Positions 9,995 through 19,543 of a stretch of 62,733 nucleotides of DNA are shown here, piece by piece; the first letter of the stretch is position 1; each line of letters starts with the position of its first letter. The notes beneath the pieces are model-generated. The model ran no database searches and had not been told where the DNA came from. It saw only the letters and a program-made list of their open reading frames with translations. Origin of the DNA: an uncultured Mycoplasmatota bacterium (GTDB lineage Bacteria; Bacillota_I; Bacilli_A; RF39; UBA660); assembly GCA_900549325.1 (NCBI GenBank), contig UROI01000003.1, forward strand, positions 1 through 62,733, in the 5' to 3' direction. The position numbers were made by a program, and so were the translations under genes.

Positions 9995-10748
9995 TTATGT
10001 CTCCTCCTAGTAAGGTTACGACATCTATTATTTTATCAAAGAATTCTTTTCTGGTATCATTTCCTTTACGAATTTCGTTATATATTTTACCATCTTTTAT
10101 GAAGATTATTCTAGTAGCGTAACTTGCGGCATAAGCGTCATGGGTTACCATTAAAATAGTGGCTCCTAAGGTATTATTTAAGTATGTTAGTTTTTCTAGA
10201 AGCATTTTTGATGACTTGGAATCTAGGGCTCCGGTTGGTTCGTCTGCGAGTACTAAGCATGGATTTGTTATTATGGCACGAGTTGCTGCTACTCTTTGTT
10301 TTTGTCCTCCACTCATTTGGTAAGGATATTTTTTTAGTACTGATTCGATATCTAGTTCTCTTGCTACTTTCTTTATTCTTTTATCTATTTCTTTGGGACT
10401 TACATTTTGAATTGATAAGGCTAGTGCTATATTTTCATAGGCTGTTAAGGTATCTAATAAATTGAAGTCTTGAAAGATGAAACCTAAGTCTTCTCTTCTA
10501 AACTTGTTTAAATCATTTCCTTTTAGTTTTGTTATGTCAGTTCCTCCTACAAAAATATGTCCGGCGGTTACTTTATCAATTGTAGATATACAGTTTAGTA
10601 ATGTTGTTTTACCTGAACCTGATGAACCCATGATAGCGACAAATTCTCCTTTTTCTACTTCAAATGATATGTTATCTATGGCTTTGGTTAAACTTGATTT
10701 ACTTCCGTAGTATTTTTCAATATTTTCTATTTTTAGTATATTTTCCAT
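9981..10748 (-). CDS. ABC transporter ATP-binding protein, BceA type
   Basis: Walker A GSSGSGKTT, signature MSGGQKQRVA, Walker B LVLADEPTGALD, H-loop VTHD. Confidence 0.9.
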   Translation of the reverse strand: MENILKIENIEKYYGSKSSLTKAIDNISFEVEKGEFVAIMGSSGSGKTTLLNCISTIDKVTAGHIFVGGTDITKLKGNDLNKFRREDLGFIFQDFNLLDTLTAYENIALALSIQNVSPKEIDKRIKKVARELDIESVLKKYPYQMSGGQKQRVAATRAIITNPCLVLADEPTGALDSKSSKMLLEKLTYLNNTLGATILMVTHDAYAASYATRIIFIKDGKIYNEIRKGNDTRKEFFDKIIDVVTLLGGDINDAL

Positions 10749-10809
10749 ATTATTTTCCTTCCTTTCGTAATTAATAATACTAGATAACGGGATATTTGTC
10801 GTAAGTTTA

Positions 10810-10826
10810 ATATTACAGTATATTAC
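10810..10826 (-). promoter_or_regulatory. Candidate response-regulator site: direct repeat GTAATAT x2 (minus-strand reading) spaced 10 bp, upstream of the bceA-like gene
   Basis: Plus strand shows ATATTAC at 10810-10816 and 10820-10826. Located between the HK stop (10839) and the ATPase start (10748). OmpR-family regulators bind tandem repeats one helical turn apart. Confidence 0.3.
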
Positions 10827-10838
10827 TTTTTTGTAAGG

Positions 10839-11858
10839 TTAGTCTTCTGGGTGATAAAGTTTATTTTTGCCAAAAGTTATTTTGACGATTGTATATTCTT
10901 TTTCCTCAGATTCTATTTCTATTTTATGTCCTAGTTTGGTACATAATTTTTTTGCTATGTATAGGCCCATGCCTGTTGATTTGATTTTATCTCTGCCATT
11001 AGTACCAGTAAAGGATTTCTTGAAAACATTAGGGATATCACTTTTTGGTATGCCAATACCGTTATCTTTGATGGATAGGACTATTTGATTGTTGTCTTCT
11101 TGTGTTTTTATTTGGATATAGGAGTTTGGAATATCTTTTTTGTATTTGATACTGTTATTGATAATTTGATTTAAAATGAATTCTAACCATTTGGTGTCGG
11201 TATAGACTTCGGTATTTTTTATATCGACGATTAGGTCAATTTTATTTTCTAAGAGGTCATCTTTATTTTTAAGGGCTACGGAGGAGATTATTTTTTCTAG
11301 TTTTACTTTTTTGAAGATAAAGTCTTCACTAGTATAGTTACTTCTTACATAATAGAGGATTTGGTCAATGTAGTTATCTAGTCTTCTTATTTCTTCGATA
11401 TATTCTTTTGGTACTTGGTTTTTATGATTATGAGTCATAAGGATTAGACTTGATATTGGTATTTTTACTTCATGTATCCACATCTCGATATAGTCTTTGA
11501 AGTCTTTGGTGCTATTTATGTAACTACTGACATTTTCAATCATTGATTTATTGATGTCATATAAGGTGTTATATATTAGTTCTTCTTCATAAGTAGTTGG
11601 TTTGGGTAAGGTTTCTAAGACTAGGTATTTTTTATCTAGATTTTTGGTATTGGTTATGATGGTGGTATAGAAGGTTCTTTTTTGGAAATATGATATTAGG
11701 ATGGTTATGATTAGTGTTAGTAGTAGTAATACTATGGTTACTATTATTAGCTCCTTTGGTACTTTGAAGGCTATATCTAATAGGGTTATTAGAATTATTG
11801 ATATGATAGTTATAATGATTATGGTTATTTTATCTTTTAGATAGTTTGTTAATTTCAT
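10839..11858 (-). CDS. Sensor histidine kinase, intramembrane-sensing BceS type
   Basis: 339 aa. Two N-terminal TM helices with a negligible loop. H-box WIHEVKIPIS, N/G boxes NQIINNSIKY, DNGIGI, GMGLYI. Confidence 0.85.
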   Translation of the reverse strand: MKLTNYLKDKITIIIITIISIILITLLDIAFKVPKELIIVTIVLLLLTLIITILISYFQKRTFYTTIITNTKNLDKKYLVLETLPKPTTYEEELIYNTLYDINKSMIENVSSYINSTKDFKDYIEMWIHEVKIPISSLILMTHNHKNQVPKEYIEEIRRLDNYIDQILYYVRSNYTSEDFIFKKVKLEKIISSVALKNKDDLLENKIDLIVDIKNTEVYTDTKWLEFILNQIINNSIKYKKDIPNSYIQIKTQEDNNQIVLSIKDNGIGIPKSDIPNVFKKSFTGTNGRDKIKSTGMGLYIAKKLCTKLGHKIEIESEEKEYTIVKITFGKNKLYHPED

Positions 11859-12517
11859 AATAGTATATATCCTTGTCCTTTTCTTGTTTCTATGGCATTT
11901 GGATAGCCAAAGCCCTCTAGTTTACTTCTTAATCTACTTATATTTACGGTTAGAGCATTATCATTTATGTATTCTTCATTATTCCAAAGAATGGTCATTA
12001 ATTCATCTCGTGATACAATTCTATTTTGGTTATTTAATAGGTGCTGAAAGATTAGCATTTCATTTTTGGTTAGTTCTAATTCTTTATTATTGCCAGATAA
12101 AGTACCTCGTGATGGCGAGACTTCTAAATCTTTATATTTCAGTACTTCAGTACTATTATCTAATCTTTTAAAGATATTTTGTATTCTTAGTAATAGAATG
12201 GTTGGGCTATAGGGCTTGGTTATGTAATCGTCTGCTCCATAAGAGATAGATAATATTTCATCTGTTTCACTTGCTCTTGAGGTTACCATTATTACTGGAA
12301 TGTTTGATTCTTTCCTTATTTCTTTAAGTAACTGCTCACCATTTTGATATGGTATATTTATATCTAAGAGAATTAGGTCTATATTACTTTTTAACACTTC
12401 TTCTTTGGCATTTGAGAAGTCTTTTAGTATTAATGCTTCATAGCCAGCATTTACTAGTAGTTCATATAATTCTTTAGATATTATGGTATCATCTTCAATT
12501 ATCATTATCTTTTTCAT
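11855..12517 (-). CDS. OmpR-family response regulator, BceR type
   Basis: Receiver domain (IIEDD, DLILLDINIP, K near position 100) plus winged-helix C-terminus (LTKNEMLIFQHL...RLRSKLE...IETRKGQGY). 4-nt overlap with the HK gene. Confidence 0.9.
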   Translation of the reverse strand: MKKIMIIEDDTIISKELYELLVNAGYEALILKDFSNAKEEVLKSNIDLILLDINIPYQNGEQLLKEIRKESNIPVIMVTSRASETDEILSISYGADDYITKPYSPTILLLRIQNIFKRLDNSTEVLKYKDLEVSPSRGTLSGNNKELELTKNEMLIFQHLLNNQNRIVSRDELMTILWNNEEYINDNALTVNISRLRSKLEGFGYPNAIETRKGQGYILL

Positions 12518-12697
12518 ATATTATATTTCCTTCTTTCTATAGTTATATTATATCATTATTTTAATGGGTTTTATATTACAAGTTTGTAATGCAGAAGAAA
12601 AAAGACTTAGTACAACATATAATCATATTTCAAATAAATAAAGTATTATCATTTTAATATGATAATTTCTATTAATAATGAATAATAGAAATTTTTA

Positions 12698-12706
12698 TGA
12701 TATAAT
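12698..12706 (+). promoter_or_regulatory. Extended -10 element TGATATAAT upstream of the KAP NTPase gene
   Basis: Exact TGnTATAAT at 12698-12706, just upstream of SD GAGG (12713-12716). Implies a very short leader. Confidence 0.4.
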
Positions 12707-12715
12707 GTTGATGAG

Positions 12716-14050
12716 GTGATACATTTGAAAAAGTATGAACTTTTAACTAGTGACGATAATATATTTAACACAATTAACGATGACTGGTTAGGAAGAAACA
12801 GTAAGATAATTAATCTTATGAAATTATTAAATAATGTTAATGAAAACATTATAATATCAATTGATGGTGAATGGGGAACTGGTAAAACCTTTTTTATAAA
12901 ACAATTAATTTATATCTGCAATAATTACGATAAGATTGATAACATTAAAAATCATAAGGATTATGCTAAAGTGGAGGAGTTTTCAAAAAAGCATGTTGTA
13001 GTTTATTATAATGCTTGGGAAAACGATAATCATGATAATCCTTTAGAATCGCTAATTTATAATATTCTAAATGAATATCCTAAATATAAAAACCATATTG
13101 AAAATCCAGAAGAATTGTTTCAGGCGGTAAAGCCAATACTAAAAAATATTATTGAAAAAGGTAGTTTGGGATATATAACTAAAGACTGCTTTGAAAACTT
13201 AAAATCATTTGAAGATTTAGCTGATAGTATAGTTACAATCGAAGAAAAACAATCATCATTAAATAAGTTATTTAACAAAATAATTAAATCAGATCAAAGA
13301 GTATTATTAGTGGTTGATGAACTAGATAGATGCCGTCCAGATTATGCAGTAAAATCACTTGAAACATTAAAACATTTCTATAATAATTCTAAATTAAGCA
13401 TTATAGTTGTAACTAACAATAAACAATTGAGTCATACAATAAAAAAATATTATGGTAATGATTTTGATGGGTATAGTTATTTAGATAAAATCTATGATAG
13501 CATTATTACGCTTGGAATTGATAATTTAGATAATTATGTTAAAAAACATTGTAAGATTACACAGGCTACTAATTTACCAGAAAATATATCTTTTGAATTA
13601 TTTAAGTATTTAAATTTTTCATACAGAGAATGTAATAAATATATGTCAATGTACAGGATTGTTGAGCCATATACAAAAGTTAGAGACTCTTTTAATATGA
13701 ATAAGTTTTTATTTGAGGCAGACATTTTGTTACCAATGGCTTTAGCATTAAAAATTAAAAATATAAATAACTATAATAGTTTTGTTACTGGTATTGGCGA
13801 TGAAATAATAAAGTCATTTCTAGCATTTCTAAAAAATGATAATGATGAACTTGATTATATTAGATGGCTATCTGAACTTTTATCACCAAACGAAAATGAA
13901 ACTTTAGAAGAAACTTTTATTAGGAAATATAGATGTGTTTTTTCTAAGAGGACTAGCTATGATAATTTTCCATATCTTGAGGCCATTTCTATGCTAGGAA
14001 ATTCAATTAATTTTAATAATGATAATAGTCAATCAATAGGGATGGAATAA
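12716..14050 (+). CDS. KAP-family P-loop NTPase (soluble, no TM insert)
   Basis: IIISIDGEWGTGKTFF (Walker A), VVVYYNAWENDNHDNPLESLIY, LLVVDELDRCRPDYAVKSLETLKHF (Walker B plus KAP-typical DRC). The start may be TTG 12725 rather than GTG 12716. Confidence 0.8.
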   Translation: MIHLKKYELLTSDDNIFNTINDDWLGRNSKIINLMKLLNNVNENIIISIDGEWGTGKTFFIKQLIYICNNYDKIDNIKNHKDYAKVEEFSKKHVVVYYNAWENDNHDNPLESLIYNILNEYPKYKNHIENPEELFQAVKPILKNIIEKGSLGYITKDCFENLKSFEDLADSIVTIEEKQSSLNKLFNKIIKSDQRVLLVVDELDRCRPDYAVKSLETLKHFYNNSKLSIIVVTNNKQLSHTIKKYYGNDFDGYSYLDKIYDSIITLGIDNLDNYVKKHCKITQATNLPENISFELFKYLNFSYRECNKYMSMYRIVEPYTKVRDSFNMNKFLFEADILLPMALALKIKNINNYNSFVTGIGDEIIKSFLAFLKNDNDELDYIRWLSELLSPNENETLEETFIRKYRCVFSKRTSYDNFPYLEAISMLGNSINFNNDNSQSIGME

Positions 14051-14052
14051 TT

Positions 14053-15450
14053 ATGATTTATAAAGGTATATTTTATTTTGATAAAAAAAATCATCCTGGA
14101 GAATGTGAAATAGATGATAATAATCATATATACTTGACAATACATGAAAGCAACATAAACGGTTATAAGAAAAAAATAACTGGAATTGCCGGTAATGAGA
14201 CCTTAACATTATATAACTGTTGCTTAATTAGTAATGGAATAGGTTATTATAAGTATAGAATAAGTTATATTGTAAAAAATGGTATTAATATAAAGTATAA
14301 GAACGTAGATTTTAATAAACATATACAAAGTTTTAGATTTACTTTTAATCGTTTAGATGAATGGCTAGGTATTAAAACAATAATAAAAAGCAAAAATGAA
14401 ATTAAATTTAATATACCAAATGATATTCTATTATATAGTGATGATAAATTAAAAATTTATATAAAATATTTTGAAGAAAAATGTACTTTAACTGATACAT
14501 CTATTAGTAATCTTAGCATAGTACCATATATTTGTACAAAATCAACTTGTGTTATGAGCATAGAAAAGATTACAATGTATATTCAAATGATTACTAGGTT
14601 TTTTGCTTTACTAATTGGATATAGCGAGCAGGTAAGAACAATTAAATTTCATAAGATGTATAATTGGCAAAATATTATGGGAGATATCGAGGATGAAGTT
14701 GTAATAAATACAGACTTTAGCAATTGTTATTATAACAAAATTGGTTATTCTAAATTTAATTTAAGAACTTATTATAATGATATAAGTGAAAATATAATGA
14801 TGCTATTTAGTAAGTGGTATAATATTTATTTTAATAAGAGATATAAAGAGGCTATATTTTTTTACTATAGCCCATATAAGTCTCAAACTATAGAAGATGA
14901 TTTTTTAACAATAATGAAATGTCTTGAAAAATTTAGTTGTGCAACAGATAATATTAAAGAGAAAAAGAAAAAAAATAAGAACTTAAGAAATATTTTATGT
15001 GATTTTTACGATAAAAATAAAATAACTTTGGAAAAAACTATGAAAGATAGAGGTTTTAAAAAGGAATATATAAAAAATATAGAAGACATACATGAAGATA
15101 TAGCAAATGCTATTGTATATCGCTATAATACAAGAGTAAAATTATCAAGTAGAATAAAAGCACTTGATAAAAATAATATAATAACCAAGAGATTTAATTA
15201 CAAGCACTGTAAAAAGAAAGATGTTAATTGTAATGTTTATGATTATTTATCTAATACACGAAATTATTACACACATCTTGATACAAATGATTGTATTTTA
15301 AGAGATGAATATTTGCCAGGATACATTAGAAGGCTAGAAAAAATTTTTATAAATAATCTATTATTATTAATAATAAATGATGAAGACTATGTTAAAAAAG
15401 TCTTAGATAAAGATGAATATTTATCAATATATGATAATCGTGATATTTAA
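14053..15450 (+). CDS. HEPN-domain protein, ApeA-like (N-terminal ApeA_NTD-like region plus C-terminal Rx4H motif)
   Basis: 465 aa. ATG lies 2 nt after the KAP stop. C-terminal YLSNTRNYYTHLD contains the canonical HEPN R-N-x3-H. Length and N-terminus (GIFYFDKKNHPGECEID..IYLTI) recall ApeA. The CDS is solid; the family call is inference. Confidence 0.55.
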   Translation: MIYKGIFYFDKKNHPGECEIDDNNHIYLTIHESNINGYKKKITGIAGNETLTLYNCCLISNGIGYYKYRISYIVKNGINIKYKNVDFNKHIQSFRFTFNRLDEWLGIKTIIKSKNEIKFNIPNDILLYSDDKLKIYIKYFEEKCTLTDTSISNLSIVPYICTKSTCVMSIEKITMYIQMITRFFALLIGYSEQVRTIKFHKMYNWQNIMGDIEDEVVINTDFSNCYYNKIGYSKFNLRTYYNDISENIMMLFSKWYNIYFNKRYKEAIFFYYSPYKSQTIEDDFLTIMKCLEKFSCATDNIKEKKKKNKNLRNILCDFYDKNKITLEKTMKDRGFKKEYIKNIEDIHEDIANAIVYRYNTRVKLSSRIKALDKNNIITKRFNYKHCKKKDVNCNVYDYLSNTRNYYTHLDTNDCILRDEYLPGYIRRLEKIFINNLLLLIINDEDYVKKVLDKDEYLSIYDNRDI

Positions 15451-15519
15451 TTTAAACAATAATATTTATATCTATCTATTTTTATTGATAACAATATTGT
15501 TATTATGTTTTATTTTAAT

Positions 15520-15561
15520 AAAAGACTTAGCACATCTTAATGATGTTGTTAAGTCTTTTTT
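15520..15561. terminator. Bidirectional terminator between the convergent HEPN gene and the 141-aa gene
   Basis: aaaagactta...taagtctttt 10-bp outer stem plus inner acatc/gatgt stem. A-run on the 5' side and T-run on the 3' side. Confidence 0.7.
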
Positions 15562-15574
15562 AATTGTTTATCTG

Positions 15575-16000
15575 TTATTTATACTTATCTTCTTCCCATT
15601 CATCAGTAATAAGTTCATCATCATCTCGTTCTTCTGCTTCAACGAAATCCGCTGGACTCATTCTTTCTTCTTTAGCTATTCTTTTATCCTCTTCTGATAA
15701 TCCCCATAATTCTGCTTCTTTATCAAATTCTTCATCTTTATAATTTCTTTTTACTATTTTATTTGATTTAACATTTGTCTTCTTAAAAGATGACTCTGGA
15801 AAGTTAATATGTATTTTCTTTTTACTAAAAATATTATATATTGTTTGAAATAACCAAATTATAAAATAACAAAATAATTTAGTTATTTCAACCATCAAGA
15901 TAAAAATATAATAAAACATAATAGCCCCTATTTTAAAGATATACCAGACAAATATAAGAGGAAAAAATAATATATATAATAATGTTTTAATAGTAACCAC
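15575..16000 (-). CDS. Small membrane protein with strongly acidic C-terminal tail
   Basis: 141 aa. Two N-terminal TM helices, a K-rich linker, and C-terminus WGLSEEDKRIAKEERMSPADFVEAEERDDDELITDEWEEDKYK. The GTG start has poor SD spacing, so the start is uncertain. Confidence 0.4.
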   Translation of the reverse strand: MVTIKTLLYILFFPLIFVWYIFKIGAIMFYYIFILMVEITKLFCYFIIWLFQTIYNIFSKKKIHINFPESSFKKTNVKSNKIVKRNYKDEEFDKEAELWGLSEEDKRIAKEERMSPADFVEAEERDDDELITDEWEEDKYK

Positions 16001-16055
16001 CTCAATCTAATTATATCAATAATTTAATATAAAGTCATTAGTTATGTAATTTACT

Positions 16056-17309
16056 TTAAAGTACCACACATTCATTTTTTTCTTGTAATAATATACATTT
16101 ATTACTATTTTGAAATTCAATAGGAATAAATTCTCCGCAATATTTATAATCTTCTTTTTTACTGCTTCTTTCAAACAGATAAACTTTAGTATGTTTATTA
16201 TATCCTAATATAATATCTCTGCATATTTGATTTGGTTTATGAACAAATTCAAGATACTTATACTTTTCTTCACTTTCATTTTGCAAAAAATATATTATTT
16301 TTTTATTATTCAACCATTTATCATCATATTCTCCTTCGGTTGTTTGTCCTTTTAAAATTAAAATATCATCCTTCTTATTATAATACATCCCCATCATTTG
16401 ATTAAAATTATTTGCTATTGCACATATAGTCATTGTGTTAACTAGTGAACCAATTTTTAAATCATTTATATTAGTATATTTTATATTAGTTTTATCATAC
16501 TCATTCATTATGTCAACAGCTGTCTTCAATCCATTATTGTGAATCAATTTATATTGTTCTTTTTTGATATCAAGAATACTTTGATTATTTAAAAACTTAA
16601 CAATGTCCCCATCATTAGGTAAAGATTTAATTTTTTGAATAAAAAGATTTATTGATTGACCATATTCATTATAAAACCTATAATTTAATTGCTTTTCATT
16701 ATCCAAGATCATTTCTTTTAATGATTTCTTCTTATTATTATCTGATATTTTTTTTGTTTCAGTTATATTATTACATATCATTGTGTCTGAATAATTGATG
16801 TTTTTAACTATATCTATGAAATTACCTACTAACTCTTTTTTTATTGATATTCCTTTGCCCCTGGTTCCATCGCTTTTTACCTTTCTTATATCAAGATATT
16901 CATTTCCATTTTCATATTTGATAAAATTTAATTCTATAAACACATTTGCCGAACTTCTTATTTTACCAATATGTTGAACCTGAGGATTTTTTTGTGGTTT
17001 CATTTCCTGTAATAATCTTTGACTATAGGAACTATTTTTTGTCATTCTTATATAATCTATTTTTTTAATAAATAACGTTGTTTTTTCTTCTCCTACACCT
17101 GTTAAACTTGGTATTCCCATTTTCAACTTGTTATAATCACTAAGTGATAATTTTTTTAAATCGTTCGTTGTTTTAATATTATTGTCAAATAAATATTCTT
17201 CAAGTAAATCATATTTCTTTTCGTTTAGTATACTACTAATATTTATTTCTTTTTCATCCAGTTCAACGTTATTAGTTCCCATTTGATTAATTAGACTCTT
17301 CAGTTCCAT
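16056..17309 (-). CDS. Predicted DNA-binding protein: HhH-like motif, PC4/YdbC-like ssDNA-binding segment, C-terminal DUF3427/PUA-like segment
   Basis: 417 aa, overlapping the GHKL gene stop by 23 nt. GIPSLTGVGEEKTTLFIKKI (HhH-like, aa 65-84). FIELNFIKYENGNEYLDIRKVKSDGTRGKGISIKKELVGNFIDIVKNI matches the PC4 pattern (..vdIREy....g.kGIsL..eqw..l). The C-terminus GMYYNKKDDILILKG...KVYLFERSSKKEDYKYCGEF resembles DUF3427-type modules. Confidence 0.55.
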   Translation of the reverse strand: MELKSLINQMGTNNVELDEKEINISSILNEKKYDLLEEYLFDNNIKTTNDLKKLSLSDYNKLKMGIPSLTGVGEEKTTLFIKKIDYIRMTKNSSYSQRLLQEMKPQKNPQVQHIGKIRSSANVFIELNFIKYENGNEYLDIRKVKSDGTRGKGISIKKELVGNFIDIVKNINYSDTMICNNITETKKISDNNKKKSLKEMILDNEKQLNYRFYNEYGQSINLFIQKIKSLPNDGDIVKFLNNQSILDIKKEQYKLIHNNGLKTAVDIMNEYDKTNIKYTNINDLKIGSLVNTMTICAIANNFNQMMGMYYNKKDDILILKGQTTEGEYDDKWLNNKKIIYFLQNESEEKYKYLEFVHKPNQICRDIILGYNKHTKVYLFERSSKKEDYKYCGEFIPIEFQNSNKCILLQEKNECVVL

Positions 17310-19527
17310 TGTCTACCACACTTTCGGTAATATACACTTGTAAGTTATCATTTATCATTCCGCTTATTAATATAGCGACTCTTTTTAGTTCTTCATTCTT
17401 TGCAACATCACTTAGTCTGTTTTCATCATCTTTAGAATCCTCTTTTATATGTAAAATTAAACTATAATATGCCATTTGCTTTATATATTCATCATTCAAG
17501 GCTTTTATTGACAAATCATCGTCTGTTCCTTTGGTAATATTTTCTTGAAGTTTTTTTAATGGTTTATTCTCCATGTTGATATATATTTCAATTGACTCTG
17601 TAGAATCCTTCAAAACACAAGGTAGTTCTTCATCATCACTAAAGAATTCTTCAAACTCCGTGCTATTCTTAAATACTGGTACTGTTGAAATTTTAGGTGG
17701 TTGCTTTGTTTGCTCATCTTTTGATTGATCGCTCTTTTCTTTATCTACAACTTTTATCATAATTGATGATGATAAATTTTCATCATCATACCCCTTAATA
17801 TACAACTTAAAGAAAATGTCATCTCCAACTTTTACATCGGGAGATAATTTGAAGTTTATAATTCCATGACCGTTTTTATAAAATTTAAATCCATCGAAAA
17901 TTAAAGCATTTTCATTTTCAAAAATGAAGCCAAGATTGTCTTCCATACTATACATCTCATGATCTGCATTAGAAGTATAGTTTAAAGCAAGGTCTTTATT
18001 TATTGGTAGTTCAAAATTCTCTTTATTTGAAATATTTAAAAATGTTGGAAATGCAAATAATTCTGGTAATTTTTGAGGATTGTTAGATTTTTGTTGTTTT
18101 GTACTAGGAATATCTTTGGAAACCTTTCCTATTCCACCTGTATTTAGAAAAACTCTCAATTTGTTTTCTATTTTTTTATTTAGTTCTTCACTCATATTTT
18201 CTGAACTTGCACTCAGCATTTGTTCTTTAAAATATTTATTCAAATCTATTAACTCTTGATCCTCCTGCAATAAGTCAACAACTTTCCTTCTTAATGCATC
18301 TGTATAATCATTATCTTGAAACTTTGCTCTATCAGAAGTAAACAAACGTGCTTTAATCCTGTCATCCATATTGTCACAATCAACATTAACAATTAAATGA
18401 TTTAATAAATATGGTTTATTAATTTTTTCAAAAAAATTAGAATTTTCATTTCCTTCTACCTGACCATTAATTGTATATAATACTGGTGTAGTTTTTTCGT
18501 TATAATTTTTATATGAATCTTTATCAGTAATAATCCAATAATTAATAGTAATAGTTCCGCCGAAAATATAATCTGCTATTATTCTATTATTATACTTTAC
18601 ATGTTCATTATTATTTAATCTTGAATTGCATCCTAGTGCAATTATTACATTATTGTGATTTTCAAAATTTGTTTTGTCAACAGAAATTCTGTTCTCAGTA
18701 ATTCTTATTGGTAAAATTGGATTGAATAATTTTTTATTAACAAAATGAAATATACTTTTATCACCTGGAGCTTTTGCACTACTTCTACCATATTGATTAA
18801 TGTTCATTTCTATATGTCTTACTAATGTTCCTGGTAAAAACTCATTATTTTTATCAATTACAGATATCGGACAACCAGTACTTTTTAAAACTAAGTATTT
18901 ATGTATTGGCGTTTTATAATCTAAATCATCAAATTCTTTTGTAATAGTAAATGAAATTCTGTTTGAATTATCTTTTTCCGGTATTGGTTTTGATATTATT
19001 AATGTATGTTTAGAAAATATATTAGCAGTTGAGCCTCCCTGTCCAAATGTTCCTGCAAGGTAAAACTTTCTTAATTTATTCCCCCCCTGTAAACTAAGAA
19101 TTGTTTTTCCAAATTCTTCACTACTTAGTCCTATACCATAATCTCTTATCTCTATTGTTGGTCTCCATTTTTTATTTGACTCTAAAACATTTAATTCTAC
19201 TAAAGACTTAAGGTTTTTATCAATTTCCTTAATATCATACTTAGATAGATCACCTTCTTTAATACCAAAATATTTTTCGGAAGACATTCGTGGATTTTTT
19301 AGTTGATTATCAGGGTTTAAATAATAATATTTTTCAATAACTGCATCTATTGCGTTAGTTAATCTCTCTATAATACCATTTTCACCACGCTCAAGCATTT
19401 GAAAAGTTGAATGATTTGACTCATTGTTGCCAATTGGAATCCATTCAGTTTCATATTTACTTTCTATTAATTTTATTAGTTCATCTATATCCTTAACTGT
19501 ATTTGCATTGAATACCTCTCTTAACAT
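17287..19527 (-). CDS. GHKL (Bergerat-fold, HATPase_c) ATPase, MORC/paraMORC-like, with a long uncharacterised C-terminal region
   Basis: 746 aa. N-box ERLTNAIDAV, G1 box IEIRDYGIGL, G2 box AGTFGQGGS. SD AGAGGTGA lies 5 nt upstream of the ATG. Confidence 0.75.
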   Translation of the reverse strand: MLREVFNANTVKDIDELIKLIESKYETEWIPIGNNESNHSTFQMLERGENGIIERLTNAIDAVIEKYYYLNPDNQLKNPRMSSEKYFGIKEGDLSKYDIKEIDKNLKSLVELNVLESNKKWRPTIEIRDYGIGLSSEEFGKTILSLQGGNKLRKFYLAGTFGQGGSTANIFSKHTLIISKPIPEKDNSNRISFTITKEFDDLDYKTPIHKYLVLKSTGCPISVIDKNNEFLPGTLVRHIEMNINQYGRSSAKAPGDKSIFHFVNKKLFNPILPIRITENRISVDKTNFENHNNVIIALGCNSRLNNNEHVKYNNRIIADYIFGGTITINYWIITDKDSYKNYNEKTTPVLYTINGQVEGNENSNFFEKINKPYLLNHLIVNVDCDNMDDRIKARLFTSDRAKFQDNDYTDALRRKVVDLLQEDQELIDLNKYFKEQMLSASSENMSEELNKKIENKLRVFLNTGGIGKVSKDIPSTKQQKSNNPQKLPELFAFPTFLNISNKENFELPINKDLALNYTSNADHEMYSMEDNLGFIFENENALIFDGFKFYKNGHGIINFKLSPDVKVGDDIFFKLYIKGYDDENLSSSIMIKVVDKEKSDQSKDEQTKQPPKISTVPVFKNSTEFEEFFSDDEELPCVLKDSTESIEIYINMENKPLKKLQENITKGTDDDLSIKALNDEYIKQMAYYSLILHIKEDSKDDENRLSDVAKNEELKRVAILISGMINDNLQVYITESVVDNGTEESN

Positions 19528-19543
19528 ACTATCACCTCTTTAC

